Of a stretch of DNA of 64,000 nucleotides, positions 18,732 to 27,824 are shown piece by piece (the first letter of the stretch is position 1; each line of letters begins with the position of its first letter). The stretch covers positions 1 to 64,000 of the IMG/VR virus record IMGVR_UViG_3300034139_000007, one strand, 5' to 3'. The notes beneath the pieces were generated by a model. It did no database searches. It saw only the letters and a program-made list of their open reading frames with translations, and was not told the origin of the DNA. The DNA is from a virus. The position numbers and the translations under genes were made by a program.

Positions 18732-19159
18732 TGGCCAATCCGTGGATGATCCTGGGGGCGTCCCTGCTGCTTGCCGCAGCAGGGTCCGCTGCCGGTTACA
18801 AGGTCAGGGACTTCCAGGCCACTGAGCGGCGGGCTGCATGCGCAGCAAGCATCAATGACCTGACCCTGAAGAACTGCCCGCAGGAGATCGTCACCGCATT
18901 CGACGCGGTGAAGGGCCAGCTGGCGATCACTCAAATCGAATACCGGGACCGGACGGTCACGGTCATGGCTCAAGGCAGCACCGAGGACCGGGCTGCTCGA
19001 CGGGCGCTCTCGGACCAGATCGCGGCTCTGAGCAACGTGGAGAAGACGTATGCGTGTGCTGCTAGTCCTGCTTTCGAGCTTCGCCGTAGCCAGCTGTGGG
19101 CCGATGCTGCAGCGGAGGGTGTCTATCCCGGACCCAGTGGGGCCGACGAAGCTCCCTAG
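18731..19159 (+). CDS. Inner-membrane spanin (Rz-like)
   Basis: N-terminal TM then helical domain; coupled to endolysin. Confidence 0.7.
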   Translation: MANPWMILGASLLLAAAGSAAGYKVRDFQATERRAACAASINDLTLKNCPQEIVTAFDAVKGQLAITQIEYRDRTVTVMAQGSTEDRAARRALSDQIAALSNVEKTYACAASPAFELRRSQLWADAAAEGVYPGPSGADEAP

Positions 19160-19391
19160 CGAGCTGTTCGAGTGCGACGCCGAACCCCTTCCCGTAGCGG
19201 CGGGGGTCTCTGATCCTGTCGCTGCGGTCAATGAAACGGAGCGTACCGGTGCCGGACGCGATTGCCGACGGCAGCTCCGCAGGGTGTGTCTGACCCTGTC
19301 GGCCATTGATCAGGTAACAGGAGAATGCCCCGATGCGCGCAACTTCCGTCGGCCCGCCCAACCGTCTGCGCGAACCCCCATACAGGAGTAG
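19050..19391 (+). CDS. Outer-membrane spanin lipoprotein (Rz1-like)
   Basis: MRVLLVLLSSFAVAS-C lipobox, Pro-rich, overlaps Rz in another frame. Confidence 0.75.
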   Translation: MRVLLVLLSSFAVASCGPMLQRRVSIPDPVGPTKLPSELFECDAEPLPVAAGVSDPVAAVNETERTGAGRDCRRQLRRVCLTLSAIDQVTGECPDARNFRRPAQPSARTPIQE

Positions 19392-19438
19392 CTAGAGCCC
19401 CTGAACTAGCTCATCGACCTACGGGCCTCGGCGGATTT

Positions 19439-19451
19439 TATCTACTGGATA
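19439..19451. promoter_or_regulatory. Motif B palindrome copy 2 (TATCTACTGGATA)
   Basis: Intergenic TRTCYASTRGAYA match. Confidence 0.65.
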
Positions 19452-19531
19452 ACATTCACCTTGTAGGCCTACTCCGGGGAAACGATATTCCAGCCTGACT
19501 GGCGTTCGCCCTTCTCCGGTCACTTCCGTGG

Positions 19532-19565
19532 AACCCCCCGTCCGTGCCCCCGGGCGGGGGGTTTT
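19532..19565 (+). terminator. Rho-independent terminator / possible attenuator
   Basis: AACCCCCCGTCCG-loop-CGGGCGGGGGGTT then TT. Confidence 0.8.
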
Positions 19566-19582
19566 GCAAATGGACCAGAAGC

Positions 19583-19918
19583 ATGCCGATCAAGATTTTC
19601 CGCGGTGAGACCCTGACGACTGCCATGGCGGCGACGGTCGGCGACATCACGGGTGCGACCATCGTAGCGACGATGAAGAAGGCGCGGGTCGCCAAGGTAG
19701 CCCCACCCGCCAGCACCCCCGTCGCCGCGACGCTCAACGCCACCCCTGTGGCCAACGTCGCCAACACCGGCAAGCCGGGGTGGCACCTCGAAATCCCCGC
19801 CGCACAGACCAACGGCCTCCCGCTCGGCGACTATGTCGCCCAGGCGAAGATCACGCTGCCCAGCGGCGTCGTGGACTACAGCCCCCTCATGGACATCCTG
19901 ATCGAGGAGCGCATCTGA
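19583..19918 (+). CDS. Putative virion protein (BppU N-terminal-like beta domain)
   Basis: IFRGET, DITGATI..T, T..LP.G.Y pattern. Confidence 0.5.
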   Translation: MPIKIFRGETLTTAMAATVGDITGATIVATMKKARVAKVAPPASTPVAATLNATPVANVANTGKPGWHLEIPAAQTNGLPLGDYVAQAKITLPSGVVDYSPLMDILIEERI

Positions 19919-20136
19919 TGTTGGTGCTCCAGTGGGTCGAGCTGCCGAAGCTGGGCCTGGCTTGGGTCGGCCCAACTGCACCCGCCCCTTCAACGCCTCT
20001 AGGCACCCCACCGGCCATCAACGTGGTGATCGGGGCACAGGGCCGAGACGGTCAACAAGGTCTCCGGGGGCCGCCCGGCGACGGCGCTGCCGACCCCGGT
20101 GACATCACTCTCATCTTCGAAAACCAACTGCTGTAA
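19918..20136 (+). CDS. Small protein with short collagen-like segment
   Basis: TGATG coupling; GAQGRDGQQGLRGPPG. Confidence 0.6.
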   Translation: MLVLQWVELPKLGLAWVGPTAPAPSTPLGTPPAINVVIGAQGRDGQQGLRGPPGDGAADPGDITLIFENQLL

Positions 20137-20148
20137 GGAGCTACTTCC

Positions 20149-20673
20149 ATGTCATTTGCGACCCGTCTGTCGGACCTCGCCACTCGGGTTGCAACCGAGT
20201 GTAAGAGCCTGCGCACGCTGCTGAACGGCAACGCCGCCGACAACAGCGCCCTCATCACCACGGCCAAGTCCAACCTGGTCGCGGCCATCAACGAGGTGAA
20301 GACCCAGGCCAACTCCCTCGCCGCCTCTGGCGGGGCCACCATCAACGATGCGTCCAGCAACTCGACGACCCAGACCTACTCGATCAACAAGATCCTGCAG
20401 TCGCTGACCGATCTGAGTACTTCCATCAAGAGCGAGATCCTGGGCGGGGTCGGCCTCGACGGCGACACCCTGGCTGAGCTGAAGGCCTTCATCGACAGCA
20501 GCGCGGGCGACATCACCGCCCTGGTGGCCAACCGTCTGCGCTTCGATGCTCCTCAGACGCTGACCACGCCCCAGAAGGTGCAGGTCAACGAGAATGCCGG
20601 GTCGCTGTCGCTCGTCCAGTCGGGCGATCCCGAGACCAACCTGGTCAACATCTTCCAGACCGGCCTGGCGTAA
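20149..20673 (+). CDS. Putative head/tail fibre protein
   Basis: AAGGAG RBS; L.TTAKSNLVAAINEV, TYS..KI and DTLAEL motifs common in fibre proteins. Confidence 0.6.
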   Translation: MSFATRLSDLATRVATECKSLRTLLNGNAADNSALITTAKSNLVAAINEVKTQANSLAASGGATINDASSNSTTQTYSINKILQSLTDLSTSIKSEILGGVGLDGDTLAELKAFIDSSAGDITALVANRLRFDAPQTLTTPQKVQVNENAGSLSLVQSGDPETNLVNIFQTGLA

Positions 20674-20676
20674 TCC

Positions 20677-21675
20677 ATGAGCCTGGCCAGCCGCCTCACC
20701 GATGTGGTCGGAGCGATCCGCGATAAGTTCAATACTATCGCGCCTCGCCTGCTGGCCAATGGCGGTAGCGTGGGCCAGGTCTACACCCACAACGGCAGCG
20801 GCCATGGCTGGGCCGCCCCGTCTGGCGGTGGAGGCGGCGGTGGATCTGCCTGTCAGGTAGACATTTTCGACACCCCTGGTTCGGGGCAGACCTGGACGAA
20901 GCCAGCTGGGGCCAAGTGGGTCGAAGTCACCCTTATCGCTGGCGGCGGCGGCGGCGGTTCGGGCCGCAAGGGTCCTGCAGGGACGGCACGTTCCGGTGGC
21001 GGCGGCGGTGCTGGTGGTGCTTGCCAAGTTGTCACTCTGTCGGCTGACGCGCTCGGTGCCACCGAGAACGTCACCGTGGGTGCCGGTGGCGCGGGCGGTG
21101 CCTCGCAGACGAACAACAATGCCTCGGGGTCGAATGGTGGGTCGGGCGGGCTCAGTCGCTTCGCCAACATCTCCACCAACTCATCGTCGGCGGGCAACGC
21201 GGGTTCCGGTTCGGCAGCAGGGGCGGCGAACGCATCGACAGGCCACATCTTTAACGGCAGCAATGGTGGCGCGTCCAGCATTACGGCGAACGCCGCCAAC
21301 GTCTCTCATCCGGGGACGCAAGCTGCGAGCGGAGGGGCTGGGGGAGGCTGTCTCTCAACAGCGAACGCCTCATTCGCTGGCGGCGGCGCTCTTGTCCCAC
21401 TCATTCAGACCGGCGGAAACTCCGCTGCAGGCGGCGCGGGGGGCACCGGAACAAATGGCGGCTCTATCGCCACCCGCACCCCTGGCATGCCCATCGGTGG
21501 CCAGGGTGGCGGCGGTGGCGGTTCAGGGGCGACTGTTAACGGCGGGACCGGCGGCGCTGGTCAGTGGCCTGGCGGTGGTGGCGGCGGCGGTGGTGCTGCT
21601 ACCGATAGCCTTGGAAACTCTGGTGCTGGTGGAGCGGGCGCAGGTGGCGTCGTGATTGTGGTGACGTACTTCTGA
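20677..21675 (+). CDS. Glycine-rich fibre protein
   Basis: TWTKPAGAKWVEVTLIAGGGGG..GAGGVVIV glycine-rich domain; N-terminus resembles that of 20149..20673. Confidence 0.7.
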   Translation: MSLASRLTDVVGAIRDKFNTIAPRLLANGGSVGQVYTHNGSGHGWAAPSGGGGGGGSACQVDIFDTPGSGQTWTKPAGAKWVEVTLIAGGGGGGSGRKGPAGTARSGGGGGAGGACQVVTLSADALGATENVTVGAGGAGGASQTNNNASGSNGGSGGLSRFANISTNSSSAGNAGSGSAAGAANASTGHIFNGSNGGASSITANAANVSHPGTQAASGGAGGGCLSTANASFAGGGALVPLIQTGGNSAAGGAGGTGTNGGSIATRTPGMPIGGQGGGGGGSGATVNGGTGGAGQWPGGGGGGGGAATDSLGNSGAGGAGAGGVVIVVTYF

Positions 21676-21983
21676 TGAACAAGCTCTTCACGCAGGCCGC
21701 CTGCCTGACCGCCGAGATGATCGGCAAGCCGATCACGTTCGTCATCAACGTCGCCATCATCCTGCTGTGGGCGGTGAGCGGTCCGCTCTTCCAGTTCAGC
21801 GACACCTGGCAGCTGGTGGTGAACACCGGCACCACAGTCTTCACCTACCTGATGTTGTTCCTGCTGCAGCACACTCAGAACCGCGACGGCAAGGCGCTCC
21901 AGACGAAGCTGGACGAGATCCTTCGGGCCATCCCGCAGGCCGACGATGGCTTGCGCGGCATCGAAAAAGACCCCAGAGCCTAA
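21675..21983 (+). CDS. Low-affinity iron permease family (Fet4-like) membrane protein
   Basis: LWAVSGPLFQFSDTWQLVVNTGTT..LMLFLLQHTQNRDGKALQTKLDEILRA. Confidence 0.85.
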   Translation: MNKLFTQAACLTAEMIGKPITFVINVAIILLWAVSGPLFQFSDTWQLVVNTGTTVFTYLMLFLLQHTQNRDGKALQTKLDEILRAIPQADDGLRGIEKDPRA

Positions 21984-21992
21984 GCTCCGGGG
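21964..21992 (-). terminator. Terminator at convergence of the two transcription arms
   Basis: On - strand CCCCGGAGC-TTAG-GCTCTGGGG then TCTTTTT. Confidence 0.7.
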
Positions 21993-22031
21993 CCTTCCCG
22001 TCGTCGACATCCCGCCCGGGGTGGGTGTCTA

Positions 22032-23171
22032 CTACTCCACCCGACGCTGAGCGTCAAACCGATCCCAGACAGCACCGTAGGTGCCGCCCGATGCGCCCTT
22101 GGAATACTCGGTGGCCCGAGCCTCGAAGAAGTTCGCGTGCTCCTGGCCGGAGAGCAGCGCCTGGAGCCACAGCAGCGGGTGCTCGGTGATACCGAACGGG
22201 TCGTCCAGCCCCAGCTGGCGCATGCGCCAGCCAGCGATGAAGCGGATGTACTGCTTGATGTCGTCGGCGGTCATACCCTCCACGGCACCCAGTTCGAAGG
22301 CCAGGTCGATGAAGGCGTCTTCCTGCTCGATCACCTTCAGGCAGGTCTTCAGGATGTCAGCCTTCACCAGCGGGGTCAGAGCGCCCGTCTCGTTGGCGAA
22401 CTCGTGGAACAGGCGGATGATCCCCTCGCAGTGGATGCTCTCGTCACGCACCGACCACGAGACGATCTGGCCCATGCCCTTCATCTTGTTGAAGCGCGGG
22501 AAGTTCATCAGCATGGCGAAGCTGGCGAACAGCTGCAGACCTTCAGCGAACCCGCCGAACATGGCCAGGGTGCGCAGGATGTTGGCGTCGGTGTCGACCG
22601 TGAAGGTGTCCCAGTGATCGACCTTGGCCTTCATGGCCTCGTATTCAGCGAAGGCCGCGTACTCGCTGTCGGGCATGCCGACGGTCTCCAGGACCAGCGA
22701 GTAAGCGTCGATGTGGACCGGCTCCCGACCGGCGAAGCCGGACAGCATCATGCAGATCTCGGTTGGCTTGAACAGGCCACCGAGGCGGGTCATGTAGTTG
22801 TTGCTGACCTCCTCGTCGGACTTCACGAACAGGCGGAAGATCTGCGTTAGCAGGTTTTTCTCACCCGGCGTCAGGTTGCGCTCCCAGTCCTTGACGTCCT
22901 CGCCCAGCGGCACCTCCTTGGGGAGCCAGTGGACTTCCTCATGCACCTTCCACAGGTCGTAGGCCCAGGGGTAGCGCATGGGCTTGAAGGGACCGGGGCG
23001 ACGCAGGCTGACCGGGATCAGCTCGTGGATGGCCAGCAGGGCCTCCTGCTTCACGGCGGTCATGGTCGGCGAGCTTTCGCCAGCGATGTGCGGCATCACC
23101 ACCGTATCGCGCACGGTGCCCTCGGGGACGAGATCGTAGTTGGGTGTGACGTCTACTGACATGCGAGGCAC
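22032..23171 (-). CDS. nrdB: Ribonucleotide reductase class Ia beta subunit
   Basis: FKPMRYPWA, HWLPKEVPLGEDVKDW, EPVHIDAY, EGLQLF, RDESIH, NFFE; start uncertain (ATG at 23162 possible). Confidence 0.95.
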   Translation of the reverse strand: MPRMSVDVTPNYDLVPEGTVRDTVVMPHIAGESSPTMTAVKQEALLAIHELIPVSLRRPGPFKPMRYPWAYDLWKVHEEVHWLPKEVPLGEDVKDWERNLTPGEKNLLTQIFRLFVKSDEEVSNNYMTRLGGLFKPTEICMMLSGFAGREPVHIDAYSLVLETVGMPDSEYAAFAEYEAMKAKVDHWDTFTVDTDANILRTLAMFGGFAEGLQLFASFAMLMNFPRFNKMKGMGQIVSWSVRDESIHCEGIIRLFHEFANETGALTPLVKADILKTCLKVIEQEDAFIDLAFELGAVEGMTADDIKQYIRFIAGWRMRQLGLDDPFGITEHPLLWLQALLSGQEHANFFEARATEYSKGASGGTYGAVWDRFDAQRRVE

Positions 23172-24985
23172 TCGTCGTACTGGGGTTGCTGATCAGGGGT
23201 GGCCATGGTTGGGACCGGGGTGGCATCAGACCCGGCGTGGGCGGCGCGCTTCGTCGAGCGGGAGCGCAGGTAGTAGAGCGACTTGGCACCGCGCTCCCAT
23301 GCGGTGAAGTGCAGCATGTGCAGGTCCCACTTGTCCACGGTGCCTGGCAGGAAGATGTTCACCGACTGGCCCTGGCAGATGTAGGGCGTCCGGTCGATCA
23401 TGTGTTCGACGACCCACCGCTGGTCCAGCTCGAAGCTGGTTCGGAACACCTTCTTCTGATCTTCGTTCAGGTAGTCGAGATGCTGAACCGATCCGTCGGC
23501 TTCCAGGATGCTATCCCACTGCTCCTGGAGCCAGCCCTTGCGATGGGCACCGAAGCCAGTGGGGGCAATCTGGGTCTTCCAGACCGACTTCAGGAGCGCG
23601 TCCAAGTACGGGTTCTTGACCACGAACGAGCCGGAGAGGGTCTTATGAACGTAGATGTTCGAAGGGATAGGTTCGATACCCGCCGAGGTCCCACCGGCGA
23701 TGATCGAGATCGACGCCGTCGGGGCGACGGCCAGTTTATGGCTGAACCGTTCCATCACCTGGTCATCAGCCGCATCCAGGCAGGGGCCGCGCTCGACCGC
23801 CAGCTTCTGGCTGGCCGCGTCAGCTTCGCGCCGTAGCATACGGAACATCCGCATGTTCCACGACTTGGCCATCGGTCCCTCGAAGGCCAGTCCCTGCTTC
23901 TGCAAGAACGAGTGGAAGCCCATCAGGCCCAGGCCGACCGAGCGTTCACGCTTGGCCGAGTAGACCGCTGCAGCCATGGCTGGCGGGGCGCGGGTGATGA
24001 AGTCCTCCAGGACGTTGTCCAGGAACCGCATGATGTCTTCGATGAAGTAGGGGTCGTCCTGCCACTCCAGGAAGGTCTCGGCGTTGACCGACGACAGGCA
24101 GCACACGGCTGTCCGGTCCGTGCCCAGGTGGTCCTTGCCGCTGTGCAGCAGGATCTCGGTGCATAGGTTCGACTGCTGGACCTTCAGGCCAACCTTGCGC
24201 TGGAACTCCGGCATGGCCTCGTTCGCCCGGTCCACGAAGACCAGATAGGGCTCGCCGGTCTGGAGGCGCGTGTCGAGGATCTTCTGCCACAGCGCGCGGG
24301 CATCCACGGTCTTCATGACCATGCCGCTCTTGGGCGACGTCAGGGCGAAGCTGGTGCCATCACGGACCGCGACCATGAAGGCGTCGGTGATGTTCAGACC
24401 ATGGTGCAGGTTAGGCGCACGTCGGTTGGCATCCCCGGTCGGCTTCCTGATCTCCAGGAACTCTTCGACCTCGGGGTGGTGGATGTCGAGGTAGACGGCG
24501 GCAGAGCCCCGTCGCAAGGACCCCTGCGCGATGGCCAGGGTCAGACTATCCATGACGCGGATGAAGGGAATGATGCCGGACGTCTGGCCCGCGCGCCCGA
24601 CTTCCTCACCGATGGAGCGCACACCGCCCCAGTAGGTGCCGATGCCGCCGCCGTTGGAGGCCAGCGCGATGTTCTCGTTCCAGATCGACTGGATGCCGTC
24701 GAGGCTGTCGCCAACGGCGTTCAGGAAGCAGGAGATGGGCAGGCCACGGTCGGCACCACCATTGGACAGGACCGGTGTGGCCGGCATGAACCAGAGCTTC
24801 GACATGTAGTCGTAGACGCGCTGGGCATGGGCCTCGTCATCGGAGAACGCAGCGGCGACGCGCGCGAACATGTCCTGATAGGTCTCACTGGGGAGCAGGT
24901 AGCGGTCGTCGAGGGTCTTCTTGCCGAATGCGGTGAGGAAGGCGTCGCGCTCCGGGCACAGGACGACAGCCGAGGGGTCGGTCAT
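23153..24985 (-). CDS. nrdA: Ribonucleotide reductase class Ia alpha subunit (no ATP cone)
   Basis: PATPVLSN, PISCFL, SNLCTEI, VCCLSS, APTASISII, KSLYYLRS, C-terminal CLAC. Confidence 0.95.
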   Translation of the reverse strand: MTDPSAVVLCPERDAFLTAFGKKTLDDRYLLPSETYQDMFARVAAAFSDDEAHAQRVYDYMSKLWFMPATPVLSNGGADRGLPISCFLNAVGDSLDGIQSIWNENIALASNGGGIGTYWGGVRSIGEEVGRAGQTSGIIPFIRVMDSLTLAIAQGSLRRGSAAVYLDIHHPEVEEFLEIRKPTGDANRRAPNLHHGLNITDAFMVAVRDGTSFALTSPKSGMVMKTVDARALWQKILDTRLQTGEPYLVFVDRANEAMPEFQRKVGLKVQQSNLCTEILLHSGKDHLGTDRTAVCCLSSVNAETFLEWQDDPYFIEDIMRFLDNVLEDFITRAPPAMAAAVYSAKRERSVGLGLMGFHSFLQKQGLAFEGPMAKSWNMRMFRMLRREADAASQKLAVERGPCLDAADDQVMERFSHKLAVAPTASISIIAGGTSAGIEPIPSNIYVHKTLSGSFVVKNPYLDALLKSVWKTQIAPTGFGAHRKGWLQEQWDSILEADGSVQHLDYLNEDQKKVFRTSFELDQRWVVEHMIDRTPYICQGQSVNIFLPGTVDKWDLHMLHFTAWERGAKSLYYLRSRSTKRAAHAGSDATPVPTMATPDQQPQYDECLACQ

Positions 24986-25013
24986 GGGTAATCTCTCCAG
25001 GATGGGACGACGA

Positions 25014-25045
25014 CCCTAGCGGTCGTTGGTCGACGACCGCTAGGG
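25014..25045. other. Perfect 13-bp inverted repeat in nrdA leader
   Basis: CCCTAGCGGTCGT-TGGTCG-ACGACCGCTAGGG. Confidence 0.8.
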
Positions 25046-25057
25046 GGCAAAAGCGAG

Positions 25058-25070
25058 TATCTACTGGACG
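25058..25070. promoter_or_regulatory. Motif B palindrome copy 3 (TATCTACTGGACG) upstream of nrdA
   Basis: 12/13 match to TRTCYASTRGAYA, intergenic. Confidence 0.6.
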
Positions 25071-25077
25071 TTCTGAT

Positions 25078-25614
25078 TTAGCCGACGAAACCCGTCATCA
25101 TCGCGTGCAGAGTGTCGACCGATCCGTTGTTCACGATGGTCACGTTGACGTCCAGCGTGTCGATCAGCACTTCGGAGGAATGCTCCTCCCCGGTGCCGAC
25201 CGGGCGGTCGGGTCGTTCGATGCGGATGACCCGCCCACCGGCGTCCTGGATGGCCTGCACCTCGTTGGGGAAGCGGACGTCGGTGATGACCGCCTGCTGG
25301 ACCTGCTTGGCCTTCTCCAGAGCGATGTCCACCCAGAAGCTGTCAGCCATCTGCTGGCGGCCCCACTCGGTCCCGAGACGCTGCAGGGCATAGCGCGGCG
25401 TCTGGCCAGCCAGGAGCGGCGTGGGGACCTCCTTCAGGTCCCCTTCCAGCATCCGATCGATCAACTCGTCGTCTGCCCCCTGGTATCGCAGCAGTGTGGC
25501 CAGCATCAGCTTCAGCGGGGTGGCGAAGGCCAGCTGCTCATAGCCGACCAGCGCGTCTGCTGCCGTGTTCTTGCCCGCCCTCTTGCGCCCGGCGACCCCG
25601 ATAATCTTGGTCAT
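25078..25614 (-). CDS. Deoxynucleoside monophosphate kinase
   Basis: GVAGRKRAGKNT, FATPLK, PRYALQRLGTEWGR, ITDVRFPNE, HSSE. Confidence 0.92.
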   Translation of the reverse strand: MTKIIGVAGRKRAGKNTAADALVGYEQLAFATPLKLMLATLLRYQGADDELIDRMLEGDLKEVPTPLLAGQTPRYALQRLGTEWGRQQMADSFWVDIALEKAKQVQQAVITDVRFPNEVQAIQDAGGRVIRIERPDRPVGTGEEHSSEVLIDTLDVNVTIVNNGSVDTLHAMMTGFVG

Positions 25615-26462
25615 GCTTCGATCTCCTTACGGAACTGGACCCAGCCCCTGAAGTTGGCGTGGAACTCGGTGTCGCCAGACGGTGTGGCCTGGTGCTCGAC
25701 GGGCGAGAGATGGGGCGGCCAGGCGACGGCCAGCTTCTGGAACAGGCCCAGGTCGTCCTTGTGTAGGGGCAGCAGCCCGTCGTGGGTGACGTAGCTGGTC
25801 CGCGCACAGCGAGCAGCGGAGATCTGACGTGCCTCTACCCCGGATCGATCCTTGTAGGCGTCCTGGATATACGGCAGGTGCCAGTCGCCCTCGTGCAGCA
25901 GTCGGGGGTCCGACGTCTCCATGGCCAGCTTGATGGCCACGGCCAGCACCTGGATCGTCGGGTCGGCGTCCGGGTGGTCGCGCAGCAGCATGAAGTTGGC
26001 CCACTCGGTGGACGACACCACCACGGTGATATGCGACCAGGGCTCGACCATGCGGTTCACGATCTGCTTGTGCCCGCCGAGCGCCGCCATCCAGCCAGCC
26101 GCGATACACATGGCGCGCCCCGACACTCGCCACAGCAGGCGCGCGGCGGTGAGACGCCAGCCTGACAGCTCCTCGCGTGCCTGCATGCCCGGCTGGTTCT
26201 TGCCCCAGTGGACGGGCTCGGCCATGTCGCCGACAATGGAGGCCAGCAGACGCTTGGTCGGGATGGCGCGGCTGGAGCCAGCGTTACGGCTGAAGACCCG
26301 GTGGGTCATGAACTCGGAATGGATGAAGCGGGGGTAGCGCAGCTCCAGGGTGGTCAGGCGGATCGCGGTGTTGGCCGCGACGCTGTCGGCGATGACCTTG
26401 GCGGTGATGGTGGTCAAGTTAGTCCTCTCGGGGATCGGTAAAGGTGAAATGGCTCCAGCCAT
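25611..26462 (-). CDS. thyX: Flavin-dependent thymidylate synthase
   Basis: PRFIHSEFMTHRVFSRNAGSSRAIP, HKQIVNR..EPW, SAARCARTSY, HLSPVEH. Confidence 0.9.
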   Translation of the reverse strand: MAGAISPLPIPERTNLTTITAKVIADSVAANTAIRLTTLELRYPRFIHSEFMTHRVFSRNAGSSRAIPTKRLLASIVGDMAEPVHWGKNQPGMQAREELSGWRLTAARLLWRVSGRAMCIAAGWMAALGGHKQIVNRMVEPWSHITVVVSSTEWANFMLLRDHPDADPTIQVLAVAIKLAMETSDPRLLHEGDWHLPYIQDAYKDRSGVEARQISAARCARTSYVTHDGLLPLHKDDLGLFQKLAVAWPPHLSPVEHQATPSGDTEFHANFRGWVQFRKEIEA

Positions 26463-26679
26463 CGATGCGCTTGGCCCAGTCCGGCACGATACCGTCGCGG
26501 GCGTCCTGGCTCTCGCACCACTCCCACCATTCCCGGCGACGCTCGTCAGGGATCAGGTAGTAGTGGCTGCTGTCGTCTACGGCCAGACGGTAGCGGGGAA
26601 GGCCAAGATCGACCCTCCCCCGCACGATGCTCGGCGACAAGGGGACACAACGCCCCACGACCATGGGCTGGTCAGCCAT
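26419..26679 (-). CDS. Hypothetical protein
   Basis: Fills operon gap; overlaps neighbours. Confidence 0.6.
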   Translation of the reverse strand: MADQPMVVGRCVPLSPSIVRGRVDLGLPRYRLAVDDSSHYYLIPDERRREWWEWCESQDARDGIVPDWAKRIDGWSHFTFTDPRED

Positions 26680-27112
26680 CGATCAGGTTCCACTCATCGT
26701 TGGTGCGGCTGTCGACAAGCGTGTCCTCGACCTTGTAGCGCCACACCTTGAAGCCATGGGCCTGAAGAGCACGGACCAGGTGTTGCACGCGCAGCGACAG
26801 GTCGTTCTTGGACTTCGAGTGGCCGGTCATGAAGGTGTCCTTGGCCGACCGCTCCTCGGTGTCCTCGGCCCGCTTCTTCATCAGCAGCTCGGCCAGCTTG
26901 AAGTTGAACCGGCCAGCCACCTCGGTGGCCAGTTCGCGGCGTTCATCGAAGACCGGCTCGATGGTGATATGGGCCTCCAGGTACAGAGGCACCTCGTCGA
27001 ACTGGCCCATCAGGCGGTTGTCGTTCTGAGCCTTGCGACACCGACCCGTCGCGGGGTCGGTCTCGATCATATCGCCGATGGCGATGGCTTCCATTGCGCG
27101 TCCGATCAACAT
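26672..27112 (-). CDS. Hypothetical protein
   Basis: AGGAG RBS, TGATG coupling. Confidence 0.7.
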   Translation of the reverse strand: MLIGRAMEAIAIGDMIETDPATGRCRKAQNDNRLMGQFDEVPLYLEAHITIEPVFDERRELATEVAGRFNFKLAELLMKKRAEDTEERSAKDTFMTGHSKSKNDLSLRVQHLVRALQAHGFKVWRYKVEDTLVDSRTNDEWNLIDG

Positions 27113-27384
27113 CAGGTTCTCTCCTTTGCGTGGTCCAGCAGCAGCTTACGAGCTGCCCTGGCTTGGGCGACGATGCCCGATGCGCCCTTGACGCCCTCGA
27201 AGAAGGACCGAAGTCCTGCCTCGTGCGGCTCCATGTAGGCCTTGCCGAGCTTGGTGTAGAAGGTGTCCAGAAAGCTGCCAACGCCATAGCCGGTTAGCGC
27301 GTCGATGGCAGCGATCTCATCCTCGTTCAGTTCGAGGACGGCAGTAGCCTCGACCTTTGTCGTGTGTCTGACGAAGCGGGCCAT
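27112..27384 (-). CDS. Hypothetical protein
   Basis: TGATG-coupled ATG at 27384 (MARFVRH). Confidence 0.65.
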   Translation of the reverse strand: MARFVRHTTKVEATAVLELNEDEIAAIDALTGYGVGSFLDTFYTKLGKAYMEPHEAGLRSFFEGVKGASGIVAQARAARKLLLDHAKERT

Positions 27385-27824
27385 CAGATCCCCCTCGCCG
27401 CCTTCACGGCCTGCTTGTCGGCGATCCTCTGGATCATCTCCGGCGTGTCGATGCGGGCCAGCTCGCGTCGGGCCTCCTCGTCCGTGGAGACGCCCTTCAT
27501 GGCGTTGAGGCAGAGCAGCGTCACCATGACGCCGCCCACCTCCTGTGGGTACTCGCCCACCGGGCGGCTGTAGGCGTCGATGGTGGGCTTCAGGAAGTCG
27601 ATCAGCGACAGCCCACCAGCCTGACACAGCTCCGCGGCCTCCTCGGCGAACCGGCGCAGCCGCATCTGGACGTCGGGATCGACACCCAGCACGGCGTTGA
27701 CCTTGTCCAGCCAGGCGCCGTTGGCCGCCTGCAACTGGTCAAGCTGGCTCACCTCGGGGAGCGGGAAGCACAGGCGACAGCCGGAGCCGGGCCAGTCGTG
27801 CTCGCACATGTCCACGTTGGCCAT
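27384..27824 (-). CDS. MazG-like nucleotide pyrophosphohydrolase
   Basis: RFAEEAAELCQA..RPVGEYPQEVGGVMVTL. Confidence 0.6.
   Translation of the reverse strand: MANVDMCEHDWPGSGCRLCFPLPEVSQLDQLQAANGAWLDKVNAVLGVDPDVQMRLRRFAEEAAELCQAGGLSLIDFLKPTIDAYSRPVGEYPQEVGGVMVTLLCLNAMKGVSTDEEARRELARIDTPEMIQRIADKQAVKAARGI

Noticed and set aside
21249-21260. CTTTAACGGCAG resembling half of motif A
   Set aside because: Right arm missing and inside the glycine-rich CDS
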